Below are positions 51,319 through 63,997 of a DNA stretch of 64,000 nucleotides, in pieces. The notes beneath the pieces were generated by a model. That model did not search any database and was not told where the DNA came from. It saw only the letters and a list, made by a program, of their open reading frames with translations. Origin of the DNA: Felis catus (Eukaryota); contig NC_058373.1 in the NCBI RefSeq assembly GCF_018350175.1, positions 111,974,001 to 112,038,000 of the forward strand. The letters run 5' to 3'. Every line of letters starts with the position of its first letter. The stretch's first letter is position 1. The translations under genes and the position numbers were made by a program.

Positions 51319-52172
51319 GTAAGTGACAGAAGAGGGACTGAAGTGGAGTCTGACTTCCAACCTGTGCCTTCCCCAGTAAGTTCTCAAAAAAGTGCAAGAT
51401 GTAGCCTTGCTTTTGGTCTTTTTCCAATTTTATGTAAAATCAGCCTGAAGAAATCAAAATGTGCTAAGAAAGAGGCGACACGGAAGAAGAGATTTCCATA
51501 CCCTCCTGTGTCTGGATGCCCAGTTAACAAGGTTGTTGTTTTTTGTTTGTTTGTTTTGCTTTGTTTTGTTTTGTTTGTTTTTTTCACCACTTAGGAAAAA
51601 TAAAAAGCCAGGATTTCTCGAACAGGTTTCAAAGTTTGCTTCAAGTTTACCTTCAGAAGCACATTGGAAAGATGTTCTCCTTTTTAAGTGAATCCTTTGG
51701 TGTAAAGAGTAAGAAAAATCTATCCCAGCTTTGGGCACACATTTCGGTGGCTAGGCTTCACTGAGATGCTTCCTCCCTGAACTTTAACATTTGTCTCTTG
51801 TCAACATGTAAGAAATGGAGAGAATTGGAGCCAGAAACAGCCAGCTTAGCTAGGACCCAACATAAACCTGTAGTAATCCTACTTCTTCCTCTACTTCCTC
51901 ATCTCAGGCCACAGCTGTATAGTTGTAGTGAGGAATTTCACGTATTATTTAGAGATTTCGTGTGTTACCCAGAAATTTCATGTCTAGGATTCCATTGACC
52001 TTTTCTCAGTGAAGCAAAGCAAACTCACAACTGTCCTTTGGACGTCTCATGAGGAAGTCTATGATAACTCCTGATTTATGAGGTTGGCTGCCAGTGAATC
52101 CCTAGGATGGGATGGTGGAATGTGAGAGACCAGCCCTAGAACCCAGTGAACAGGTGTTTAGAGTGACGGACT

Positions 52173-52384
52173 GGGGCGCCTGGGTGGCGCAGTCGGTTAA
52201 GCGTCCGACTTCACCCAGGTCACGATCTCGCGGTCCGGGAGTTCGAGCCCCGCGTCAGGCTCTGTGCTGACGGCTCAGAGCCTGGAGCCTGTTTCCGATT
52301 CTGTGTCTCCCTCTCTCTCTGCCCCTCCCCTGTTCATGCTCTGTCTCTCTCTGTCCCAAAAATAAATAAACGTTGAAAAAAAAA
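52173..52384 (+). mobile_element. Very young SINEC_Fc
   Basis: CpG-rich, near consensus; perfect 16-bp TSD tttagagtgacggact at 52157-52172 and 52385-52400. Confidence 0.98.
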
Positions 52385-52774
52385 TTTAGAGTGACGGACT
52401 AAAGATAAGAAGCACAATGATATGAGGCACTGAGATAAGTCAGAAGCCCACCTGGGTTTTTAGACAGTTTTTAACCTTCATAAGAATGTTCCCACATTTA
52501 TTTGATCTTTCACTGTGCTTTACCAACAGCAAGTACCTGCATATCCATACTTTAGTGTAGTTCTGACCCGAGGTCCAGGACATCTTGCCTAAACTCACAG
52601 TTATCTTCTGAAGGAGCAGTGTATTTCTTTGACAAGCAGATAAATCCAGTGTTCATATATGCTGTTAACATAAGGGGAAGCTGGGTGAAAGGTAGACAGA
52701 AACTCTATGTACCACTTTTGTGACTTTTCTGTATGTCTAAAATTATTTTAAAATAAAAAGTTTTTTTTAAAGAT

Positions 52775-54240
52775 GGCATTCCACTATATTCTGGTTTCTA
52801 TCATTTCTGATGAAAGGAGAATGACAATTCACATCATTTTTCTTCTGTTATGTCACTTTTATGATACCTCATTTCTCTGGCTGTTTTCAATATTTTCTCT
52901 TTATTTTTGGTGTTAGGAATTTGCCTTTGATGCACCTCGGCATAACCTTTTTGTATTTAACCTTGGTGTCCCTCTTCTTTCTGGGACTGCGCTTATATAG
53001 ATTTCACAGTGAGATTTCTTTCTTTTAACTTATTGCAAAAATATTTTCCTTCATTGACAATATTTATAATGGCCATTTATCATTAAATCTTTGTATGCTA
53101 ACTCCAAGGATTGATCCTAAATTTCTCTGGGTTTTATTCTGTTTTCTCTCTTTTAAGACTGGGGAACATTTCTTGGTTCTTCACATGTCCAGTAATTTTG
53201 AATTGAATTAACCTTGTTAGTGCTATATTGTAGGGATATTGGATTCATTTTTTGTTCCTTCAAAGAATGTTGATGTTTTGTTTTAGTGGTCAGTGAAATT
53301 GAGTGGACTTAAACTGTGAACTCTGTCTCTTGGACTCAAATCTCACATCTGAGGCACTGGCTTTCTCTGTGGTGCTTGGAGTGCATCCGTGACATGCATG
53401 GTTCATAGACCAACCATAAACTTGGGCAGAGTTTATACACAGAATTTGAGGCTCCTATGCTCTCCTTTCTCACTCTCCAGTCATTGTGGATCTGTGTCCT
53501 CTGATTCTTTGGGACAGAAAGACAGAAGGACAGATCTTGTATCAGAGTTTTGTCATCTCATACACACTAACTTCAGTCTGCCATCAGGCTAAAAGTTATT
53601 CAAATGGGGATTTCCTCCTTATTTGCCCCTTCTTGAAGGTTTTCCCTCCCCTCAGACTTTGCCTTGCCCCCTCCTAGAAGATTGTAGTTATTTTCTGTGG
53701 GATGGTGGGATCCAGTAGGAGCCTAATCAGGCATGCTCTTGGTTGCTGCTTCCTGATTGATTCTTGTCTCTCTAGGCCAGTGCCACTTACTACTTAGCAA
53801 ATGCATCAAAGAGAAGCAACTCAGACTCTTGGGCTGATTTCTCTGCACTTCCCTTTGCAACAACATCTTCAAGCCCTTGCTTACTCACTACCCTTGAACT
53901 TCAACTGCCATTTCTCAAGCACCATAACACAGCTGAAAACTGCTCAACCTCTCTCTCTTCACAGGTGCCTTTTCTCTTACCCTCAGTCCCTCTTCCCAGA
54001 CCACTCAGAAATTGGCAAATGCCCCAGTTAACATTAGCACAGATTGTTCAGCTTACCTTGATGAGTTTCCCTTCTCTCCTGGCCATCCTGTCCTGGCTGC
54101 TTTAGTAGCCACCCACCCCCCAAGTCTCAAACATGGAATTTTGTTTTGTTATTATTCATGTTTTCTAGTTACTCACAACAGTAGGTTTGGTCTTCTATGT
54201 GCTAGCTTGCCAGGAATGGAAATGGAACATGAGCATCCAA
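52775..54240 (-). mobile_element. Ancient L1M ORF1/5' region, degraded
   Basis: ttctctggctgttttcaatattttctctttatttttgg, ttcttcacatgtccagtaattttga, ttgggcagagtttatacacagaattt. Confidence 0.5.
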
Positions 54241-54374
54241 GTTTTTAAAATTAACCTACATGATTCACGTAAGCATATGGCAACAAGAAGGCAATTTGGG
54301 TAAAATATTTATATAAGGCAAAAGTAGTTGTAAAAGTCAGAGTTTTAAAGGTGTAATTCAAGTCAGTGAACTCC

Positions 54375-54600
54375 ATGAAGCATAGTGGATAAGAGCATTT
54401 GCTTTGCAGCAGCCAGATCTTCACTCAAATCCTACTCTGCTGTCTCCTAGACAAATAACTGGGCAAATTACTTAAGTTCAGGTTTTTCACCTATAAAAGG
54501 CAGATAATAGTTCTTACCTGCCCCTAACTAATAGTAGTAACTTAATAGTAATCATGAGAGAACTAAATGAATTACTATGTATAAAACCCTTAGTATAAAT
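54375..54600 (+). mobile_element. MIR SINE
   Basis: agcatagtggataagagca...tgggcaaattacttaa...ttttcacctataaaaggcagataatag. Confidence 0.75.
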
Positions 54601-54630
54601 ATCCATGAGGTATAGATACACTATATATAT

Positions 54631-54631
<1 letters not shown>

Positions 54632-54676
<45 letters not shown>
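54632..54676. repeat. (CA)n microsatellite
   Basis: Seen directly. Confidence 0.95.
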
Positions 54677-54678
<2 letters not shown>

Positions 54679-54786
54679 ATACATAGATACTTAGATGGAT
54701 AGAGGATAGATAGAACAGTAATGCATACAATACAAAATTGTATGGATGAAAAAGAAGAGAATGCAAAAGCCACAGTATATTATGTA

Positions 54787-55510
54787 TGTATTAGTTTCCT
54801 ATTGCTTTTATAATGCATTACCACAAACTCAATGGCTTAAAAAATGCAAATTTATTATCTTACAGTTCTGCAAGTCAGAAGTCCAAAATAGGTTGACAGA
54901 ACTGTGTTCCTTCTAAAAGCTCTGGGAGAAAACCACTGCTTTGCCTTTTTTAGATTCTGGAGGCTACCTGTATTCTCTGACATGGGGTCCCACACCCACT
55001 TCTGGATGTTGGCCTCCACTTCTGTTGTTGCAGCTCCTTCTCTGACTCTGACACACTTTCTTCCCTCTTCTAAGGGCCTGTGTGATTACACTGGACCCAC
55101 CCATATACTCCAGGATAATCTTCCTTTTTTTTTTTTAGAAGAGAATGTTTCTTTTAATTTTTTTTTTAATGTTTATTTATTTTTGAGAGAGACAGAGACA
55201 GAATGCGAGTGGGTTGGGGCAGAGAGAGAGGGAGACACAGAATCCGAAGCAGGCTCCAGGCTCCAAGCTATCAGCACAGAGCCTGACGCGGGGCTTGAAC
55301 TCATGAGCTGTGAGATCATGACCTGAGCTGAAGTCGGATGCTCAACCGACGGAACCACCCAGGCACCCCACCACGATAATCTTCTCATCTTGAGATCCTT
55401 AATTTAAGGACATCTGCAAAATTCCTATTATCATGTAAGGAAACATACAAATTTGGGGGACTAGCATGTGGAAATCTGGGGAGGGGAACATTATTCCATA
55501 ATATACTACA
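54787..55510 (-). mobile_element. MLT1C/D-like solo LTR split by a SINE
   Basis: tgtattagtttcctattgct...taccacaaactcaatggcttaa...tactaca; perfect 5-bp TSD atgta at 54782-54786 and 55511-55515. Confidence 0.85.
55125..55369 (-). mobile_element. SINEC_Fc with an extra 3' segment and a second A tail
   Basis: TSD cca(g/c)gataatcttc at 55110-55123 and 55371-55384. Confidence 0.95.
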
Positions 55511-56149
55511 ATGTACCACTGCTATGAATTTAATGCCATTCTTCTTACAAGTGAGCTAAGAGTAATCAGATACACTGGCTTTTAGATGACTTTGAGCATC
55601 TACTTAAGTTTCATCTTTATCATTGTTAATATGGTCTAAAATGCTTTAAAAATGGCTTTTTAAACTTCGAGGTAGCTACACATCAGATTCTGAATTGCAA
55701 GAGGCAATCATGTCTTAGAGCCATCATTTCAGATATCATTCCTATCAGTTACCCAGGCTTTGCTCTTGACTGAATGGTTTTGGAAGAATTCCTATTGTCC
55801 TGCAAGTGTTGGAGAGATGATAAAATAAGAATCATTTGGCCATTACCTCCCTACTTTTTCTAAAAGTGCTGGATAGCTCATTTTTTTCCAGGTATTTTTT
55901 TTTTCTCGGACAGACATCTTGGGGTCAAGCATCAACCACTCTGGTAATTATGCTATTATCTTTTCCTTGCTGGTCTATCCCCCTTTCTATGCTACCCTCT
56001 TCCTTCTATACATGCATCCTCTTCCCCAGGGGTCCCATTAGCCCTTTGCCCACTTGAAACACCATTGTAACAGCTATCTTCCTTTACCATCATTATCTAA
56101 GGACTTATAGCCTCTTCCTTTATAATATAAGTGCACTGGACAGGTAAAC

Positions 56150-56545
56150 TAACCGTTGTAACCATCTGTCACAAAATCAGAGTGGATTAATTCAATAAAT
56201 GCTACATCTCCCTCATATCACATTCCAATGCAGGTTGGTAGGATGTATGGGGGAGTCCTATGTTTTACACAGTTATTCAGGCACCCAGGCTCCTTCCAGC
56301 TTGAGGACTTATGCTCCTCTGACTCTGTGGAGATAATAGTTGGAGAAAGAGAGAGAAGGTTCACACATGGGAGGGTTTCATGGACCAGTTCTAGAAGTGG
56401 CATATGTCACTTCTGCCCCACATCTGACTAGACAGACTCTAGTCATTTGGCCACACATAATTAATTGCAAGAGAGTCTGGGAAAAGAGTCCCCAGGAGGG
56501 AAAGAAAAATATTTGGTGAACAAGTAGCCAGTTTATACAACAACA
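56150..56545 (-). mobile_element. Old MLT1 (J-like) LTR
   Basis: cacagttattcaggcacccaggct...gaagtggcatatgtcacttctgcccca...tagtcatttggccacac. Confidence 0.6.
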
Positions 56546-56959
56546 AATATTATACTATGTTGTATAGTAGAATATATGAGAGAGGATATCATATAATGAT
56601 ATCAGTGATATAAAAATTGTATATCATCTATATTCCTGGCTAGATTTTGATATCTTTTAGGATAAAGAGTTTATATCACTTTTTCTGCAGCAGTATCTAA
56701 CACAGTAGTTGCCCAATAAATGTTTGATGAATGAATCATAGTGTATTGAAGCTAAGAGTCCATGGAGATTTTCTAATCTAAACCCTTCATTTTAAATGTG
56801 ACGAATCAGAAATCTAGAGATGCTAAGCACTTTGCCCATGTTCACTGGCAGGGCCGGGACCCATTTATCTCACATCCCAGATCAAATGAGACAATCTTTT
56901 AAACCAACTTATCTTGTTTCCCAGACCAAATGAGACTCTCTTTTTAACCGACTTATCAG

Positions 56960-57410
56960 AACTTACACATCTAAACAAGTATTATTTGCCCCTAAGAACT
57001 CTCCTTGGGAGTTTTTATACCAGTCAAATACTATTGCCATTTGAAAAATTTATGGAGCTTCTTCGTAGGAAATTACTTTCATAGCCTATGACATTTTCTT
57101 TAGAATTCCGTTAATAGTAGCCGATAAATATTCATCCTTTAAGGATACATTTTATTTTGAGAAACCCAAGTTGTTTGGAGCCCATTTTTATAGATAAAGG
57201 TAAGTAGAGGTGATCTGGTCATGTGATACTGGAAAATAAATACAGGTCTTGACCCCAAAAATGGTAAAAGACTGTGTGCCATTTTGTGACAGGCTCTCCT
57301 GTATGATTTGCCAACAAGCTTGGAGAGAACTGCAGAAGAGGAGATGTGTGGGCATTTAGAGCAATGGCATCATTGTTGAAAGAAGTGCATGGAGTCCTAA
57401 GGCGATGAGT
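56960..57410. mobile_element. MARNA-like Mariner-derived element
   Basis: ctccttgggag...ttgccatttgaaaaatttatggagctt...ttcatccttt, with an inverted counterpart aagaggag...tagagcaatggcatcattgttgaaagaagtgcat. Confidence 0.55.
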
Positions 57411-57625
57411 GTGAACAGAACAGTGGCCTGAAATGTACATTCTAATTTGTGTGACACGCCCCCCCATGTCAGAAATACCTGTGTTGCCAAATGCCCATGT
57501 TAACTCTTCTAGCACCTTTAATATTCTACTAGGAAACTTAGATAATTTTTAGGTCCATCCTAGATCCTTATTCAGAAATCTGCCACAAGATGTGAGGAGA
57601 AAGGATTGACAGAAGAATGGGGGAT

Positions 57626-57751
57626 GGGCACCTGGGTGGCTCAGTCTGTTAGGCATCTGACTCTTGATTTTTGGCTCAGGTCATGATCTAGTGGTTCATG
57701 GGTTTGAGTCCTATGTCAGGCTCAGCACTGGTGGTGCAGACCCTGCTTGAG

Positions 57752-57790
<39 letters not shown>

Positions 57791-57810
57791 GTAAATAAAC
57801 TTTAAAAAAA
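57626..57810 (+). mobile_element. CAN-SINE (older)
   Basis: Typical body; flanking repeat aagaatgggg at 57613-57622 and 57811-57820. Confidence 0.93.
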
Positions 57811-57820
57811 AAGAATGGGG

Positions 57821-58034
57821 GGGGCGCCTGGGTGGCTCAGTCGGTTAAGCATCTGACTTCAGCTCAGGTCACGATCTCACGGTCCGTGAGTTCGAGCCCT
57901 GAGTCGGGCTCTGGGCTGATGGCTCAGAGCCTGGAGCCTGCTTCTGATTCTGTGTCTCCCTCTCTCTCTGCCCCTCCCCCGTTCATGCTCTGTCTCTCTC
58001 TGTCCCAAAAAAATAAATAAACGTTGAAAAAAAA
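57821..58034 (+). mobile_element. SINEC_Fc (young), tandem to the previous SINE
   Basis: ggggcgcctgggtggctcagtcggttaag...ctgtcccaaaaaaataaataaacgttg. Confidence 0.97.
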
Positions 58035-60639
58035 AAGGAAGGGGGAAATGATTTCTAGATAAAACAGAAGTGGTAACCTGATCCACTCTTGTCATGGGAA
58101 ATACTCAGAAAAATATAAAAACAAAAGACTGCGAAATGCTAGGAAGTTGACTATGCACTCCAGTCAACCCTCCAGTTCAGGAGCTGAGAGGATTCTAAAA
58201 GCAGTCACATGCCCAGGGAAGATGTAAGAAGGAAACTGTTGCCCTCTCCATCAATGAGCCCCAGATCAGAAAGAACTTTCCTCCTTAGGGATGATAAACA
58301 AACAACCAAGAAGTAACAGGGAGCTTCGAGGAGAGTTTGCAACACAAAATAGAGCCCTGCTCCAGTGAAAAGCATCCAGGGCTCTGCCTCAATTACACTA
58401 CGTTAAGCTGGGGAAGAAGGAAGTCAGAGTTCAAGAATCGTTGCTTTTGTTTTGTGCACTATATAAAAATGTTAGCATCAGTCTTATTCCTTTGCACTCA
58501 CACCTGCCTTGTTTTGAGTAGCTTCCCAGCATTTCCCTGAATGATCCAATTTAAAGACTTTTTCAGTTGCATAATTACACTCTTTTGCTAAATACCGTTT
58601 TGGTAAATTTTGAGCAAGGGCCTGCGTGGAAGGAACAGAACTGTTGGGCGCGTATTTCCGGGGCAAGTGCTGTTACAGTAAAGGGGATCTTTTCTAAAGT
58701 AAACATTCATTTTGGGAAATAGAAACATGCGAACAGGTGGCCGTGACATAATTATCCAACAATTCAACAAAGACCCCAACCTAGAAAGTCTTCCGCTGGC
58801 CTCCTCCGCCCACACAACCACACATAACAAGAAAGCACCATGGTTCCATGTCCCGGCCACCATTTCCTCAGGCTGAGCTCTAATGTCTCTTGGAAGCGGC
58901 GCTGACAAGAAAAGGGAGGCATGGGCATACGCCGATGGACAGCCTGTCCAACCACAACCCCATGGCCCGACCTGTCCTTCTGCCTCACCCCAACAGCTGA
59001 TCCTCTTGAAACATGTTTCCCCTTAGACCTTTAGATCATACTTAGCTGAGGAAGTTCTGAGCCCGGCTGCACACTCCTGAAAGGGCAGTAAGTCACAGAC
59101 ACCATGACTGGGGCTTTCACTTTTCACCTCCCCGCAATCACCTCCAGATTAAATGGTCCTCAGCAAACAGTCAAAAGCTGACTCCTCTATCTGCCGGTCC
59201 TGCGGCTCCACCTGGGATGAGGGGCCCAGCTGTGCTCTTTTCTGCCTCTCACATCTTCAGAAGTAATAAAGCCTCAGCAGTTGGAAGTTAGCTGTCAATT
59301 TTGCTGATGAGGCAGCAGGAAAATGAGAAACCATTTCCCAGCCTATAGCTGTGTTGGACCCAACAAATGCTAACTGGAGCAAAAAGTTGTGGCTGCACAC
59401 TTAAGTTAGCAGCCAGGACCAAGGCTTGAGGAGCCGGCACATTGACTGAGAAAGGGGCATTTTAAAATAGTCATTATGTTGCCCCGAACTCCTACTTTAA
59501 AGGAGGCTTCTCTGATAATTGAGGGTTGTTTAAAATCTGATCTCCTCTGTTAAAACAAAACAAACAACTTAGAAATGCATCAAGCAGATTCCCTAGAGAC
59601 CAATATAACCCAGAAAATGTAATAATGCAAAGCCTAGGCAGCTGAGTTTTTATTTGTGCCTAGCTTCAGAAAGCCAAACCCCTAAGGGTTCTGAACCCAA
59701 GGTTCATTTATTCTTAATAAGCTCAGTTCCAGGGGCGCTGTCAGCCTCCAGCTAATGACACCACCACCAGCAGCTGGGGTAGCTGGATTCCAAAGAAGAG
59801 GGAGAATCTAATTGAGATAAGAAATATAAGCATGACTCATGTCAGCATTCGTTAATGTCCAGACCCCACATCTTCTGTTTTTAACAGCTCATTCAGCAGG
59901 AATTCTCCAACTCCCTAAGAGAGAGCACTTCTCGGTGCTAATCGAGATGGCACTGAAGACAGAGGCAGTAATGGGCCCCTCAGTCCCCCATCCACAGATC
60001 TAGTCCCATAGCTGCTTGGAAAAGCTGGTCACCAAATACAGAGGGGGTCTGTCCAGTGTTACACTCCCAACTGGCTGTCTCCTGGTCACAAGAGTCTTCA
60101 ACCTAGATGATACGTCATGAACTCACATTTCATTCCCTTCCCAGGGATGTGTTTCCTTCCTAATGTATCCAATGCTGCTAGAGCCTTGTGGAATGAAGGA
60201 TCTGGGGGCACAACTTAGGTGTTACTCTAGTCAGCTTGGTCTTGGAAAGCAACTGTCCCAACACAGGCCTTACTCAGATCACCTTCCCTGGGCTGCCAGA
60301 CTCAGTAACTCAAGTGGTCCTCCCTATCCTCTTGGTCAGCCCTATCTGTAACAAAAGCAAGGCATTTCCAAAATTATGTGAGCAAAGGAACGAAGAGAAG
60401 TTAACTGGCCCACAAGGGAATTGTTCTAGATTGGCCTGGGTTGTGTTTCCCTAACAGAACATGAAGAAGGGTTTCCTATCTGAGGATATGCTAAAACAGA
60501 CAGAGGGATATTCTTGGTAGAAATACCAGGATAGAAATGCTAAATCTAGGAGGCTTCTCTGATTTCTGTTCCCACCTGTGTTCAGTCTAGTCCAAGTTCA
60601 GAGCTATATGCTCCAGGAAGACCTGGAGTTTTGCTTTTC

Positions 60640-61810
60640 ATTGATCTCGGGATTTTGTAGCTTGACTCACAGATTCAAATCTCTTGTTTGGACATCTCCT
60701 TGGGTCTGGGTCTGCAGAACGACTGCCTATCCAACATGTCCACTTAAACATTTCAAATGATCATCGAATTTAACCCAGCCTCAGTGAAATTTGTGATATT
60801 TTCTCCAAACCAGGCTCTCTTCCTATGACATCTCCATGGGTATCCCCATCAGCCTCAGAGTAAATTTAGACAGAAATGAGCACTTGTCTTTGGCATATTC
60901 CTCTCCATCACCAGCCTTCATATCCAATTGATCATGGAGTCCTGTCTAGTTATTTCCCAAATGACTGTCAAATATGCCCCCCTCTCCATCTCTCCAGCCA
61001 CTCTCTCTCTAGCCCAAGAATCTCTCTCTCCCAGCCTTCTGCCAATGACTCCTCTTTGGTCTTCCTACTTTCACCCTTGCCCCTCTGCCTGAAATTCTCC
61101 ACACAGTATCCAGAATGGCCTCATCATAATACAAATCTGATATGACATTACCATATTTATATCATCCACTTGCTTCCCATGGTTCTCAGGACAAAAGTAA
61201 AATCCCTAGCATGGCTTGTAAGACTTTCCATAGCCTGGCTCCTACCTCCCTTTCCAGCACCTCTTTCTGCTCTCTAAACACATCAGCTTTTCTTCAGTTC
61301 CTCACGGGTGCCGTAAGTACCCTGCCGCAAGAACTTCACACTTAGAGCGCACTCTCCCTGAAGTGCTCTTCTCCTGCCGCTTCTTGAGGGACTCCTCTCT
61401 GACCTCCTGACCAGAGCAGTTCTCCTGTTACATGCTGTCATGAGTCTCATGTACCTTCCTTTCAAAGCCTCACCACAGTTATTTGTTGTTGTTGTTTTTG
61501 TTGGTACGATTTTTTTTCTTTTAAATACAATTTCTTGTCAAATTGGTTTCCATACAACACCCGGTGCTCATCCCACCAAGTGCCCTCTTCCATGCCCATC
61601 ACCCACCTTCCCCTCTCCCCCACACCATCAATCCTCAGTTTGTTCCCAGTCCTTAAGAGTCTCTTACGGTTTCTTTGTATGATTAGTTGATTGATGTCTC
61701 TCTCTTCCAGCTTGCTGTAAGCTCTGTGAAGTCCATTTCTGCTCATTAGGTGTCTCCTATACAATGATGCATAGTTGTTATTCAAAAATCATTGAAGAAA
61801 TTTATTAAAT
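60640..61810 (+). mobile_element. L2 LINE 3' region
   Basis: tggacatctccttggg, ggttctcaggacaaaagtaaaatccctagcatggc, ctgtaagctctgtgaag. Confidence 0.7.
61512..61670 (-). mobile_element. Feline L1 3'UTR fragment (about 160 bp)
   Basis: ttgtcaaattggtttccatacaacacccggtgctcatccc...taagagtctcttacggttt; degraded TSD ttggtacgatt / tttgtatgatt. Confidence 0.9.
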
Positions 61811-61956
61811 TAAGTGCCAGGAGGCAATAAAATAATGTCTAAAGAATCTTGAAGGAAAAATGTTATGACTTTTTTTCCTTGCTTTAAGTTTTAATTTTAC
61901 TTGCTTTAAAAAATTAAAATCTTACAGTTAATACTAACAGGGTCTTTGACCACTAA

Positions 61957-61957
<1 letters not shown>

Positions 61958-62007
<50 letters not shown>
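61958..62007. repeat. (CA)n microsatellite
   Basis: Seen directly. Confidence 0.95.
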
Positions 62008-62009
<2 letters not shown>

Positions 62010-63039
62010 CAAAATACCCATTCCTTACTTAGCAGAGATTTTAAACGTGGATAGGTTTTCATTCACTAGGGAAGACAAAACATTTCCAGATATACAAGCA
62101 CTAAAAATATTATCACTCATATATCCTCGAAAAAAAGCTTTTAGAAAATTATTTTACCCAAGGAAAAATAAAAATTATGACAACAAAAGATTCATGGGTC
62201 ATCTCTACATAGTTTAGACTGAGAGTTGTATTCTATGTTTTCAGATAAGGTCTGTGGTCAGAGGCAAGCTTTCCTTACAATGTTTCAAATTATTTTTAAA
62301 AAACAATGTTTCAAATTATTTTTCTCTTTTTGTTTCCATACCTTCTAGTATGCCAGGAAACTGGGTCTTGAGCCATATCTCTCATTCCCCAGTGATTGCT
62401 AATTCTGTTTGATAACATCAGAAAACAATAATAATGCTGTTCTAGTCCTTGCTAATTATGATCAAACTCCATGTGGATAGGATGCTGTCCCAGGAGAATT
62501 GCTAGAAAAAAATATCTTTTTTCATTTCTCCACAAAAGCATAGCTGTAGGAAGAACATATTGTTCATTTTATTGCCAAGGAAATTGAGATAAGATTAGCT
62601 ACTTTAAAACTCATACAGTTTTTTTTAAGTGGTAAAGAATAACAAGCCAGATGCTCTCTGTTATTGCACTTTCTTTTTTATCATTTTCATCCAGTATCTA
62701 CGAAGGTATCTATGTTATTGGTGCTTAAGAGTAGATATACAAATGAACTATGTTGTAAAATACATATAAAAATAAATACACCAAAATGTTAACAACCGTT
62801 ATATCTGAATTTAATTATTCATTTAAGTAAATATTCCTTGAGGCCATACTGTATGACAGGTACACAGGATGGAACAATAGACAAAACAAACAAAGATTTG
62901 TCAAATTTTATGTATCTTATCTATAATTTTTACTTTATAATAACTTATACTTTCTACAAGTTTGAACATTTATCATACTTTTAGGTTCATTACCATTAAG
63001 CTATATGTAATATTCCTTTGTAATATTCTTAAACCTGTC

Positions 63040-63447
63040 TTCTTCAGTTTTGTTCTTGTTTCATTCTTGATATTATTACTTTGTGGCTTCTGCCTTTTTT
63101 TTCATTAAGTATTCCTGCCAGAGATTTGTCAATTTTTTAAAGCTTTTCAAAGAAAAACTTTCAGTTTTGTTGATCACGCTAGTGTAACTCTTTTTCCTAG
63201 ATCAGTAATTTGTCTTTTGTTGATAATTTTCTGTCTTCTGTGTTTTAAGAAGTTTATTCTATTCTTTTTAACTTCATAATTTTGATGCTAAGCTTATTTA
63301 TTTCCAGGCTTCTCTTCTAATATGAGCATAATCAGCTATACATCTCCCTGTAAGTACCACATATATTTGACTATAAACTTCCCTCTGAGAACCGCTAACT
63401 AGCGCACATTTTAATATGTAGTCAATTCTTTGTTGTTCAGTTCTAAA
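63040..63447 (-). mobile_element. Ancient L1M fragment
   Basis: gccagagatttgtcaatttt...ttttcaaagaaaaactttcagttttgttgat...ctataaacttccctct. Confidence 0.65.
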
Positions 63448-63964
63448 TGCAAAAGAATCCTGTAAGTAATACCTACAATCTGTACGATACTAGCAGTTTG
63501 CAACGGCTACAACCTGTCACAGTCTATACCTGATCTAAATTTTCCCATAATTCCCAAACAAGAGGCCATGGAGTACTAATTAGCATTGAGAGCATTATGA
63601 ATAAGTACTAATCTGAGCATAAACTCTGTCTTTAAGGTCTGAATACAAAGACTGGCCAAACAGGCCAAGACCACATAGTAGTTTTTTCCCCATGAGGGTG
63701 TCAATCCATTAACTTGGTAAACAACCTGATCTTATTTTCTCTCGTCCTGAATTAAAATTCTTCCCCAAGTATCCTTGGGAAGTCATTTGCCTGACTGTAG
63801 ATCATGTAAACATCTATACATCTGTTTACGTGTACAAGTCCTTAATAACAATTTAGCTAGTACTCAATTCAGTTCCTGCTTTTTGCTTGTTTTTTCAATA
63901 TTGTTCAATTCCCGTTACTTCTGACATATGGATTATTTAGAAGTGTCAAAGGTGACAAATGTGG

Positions 63965-63966
63965 TT

Positions 63967-63997
<31 letters not shown>

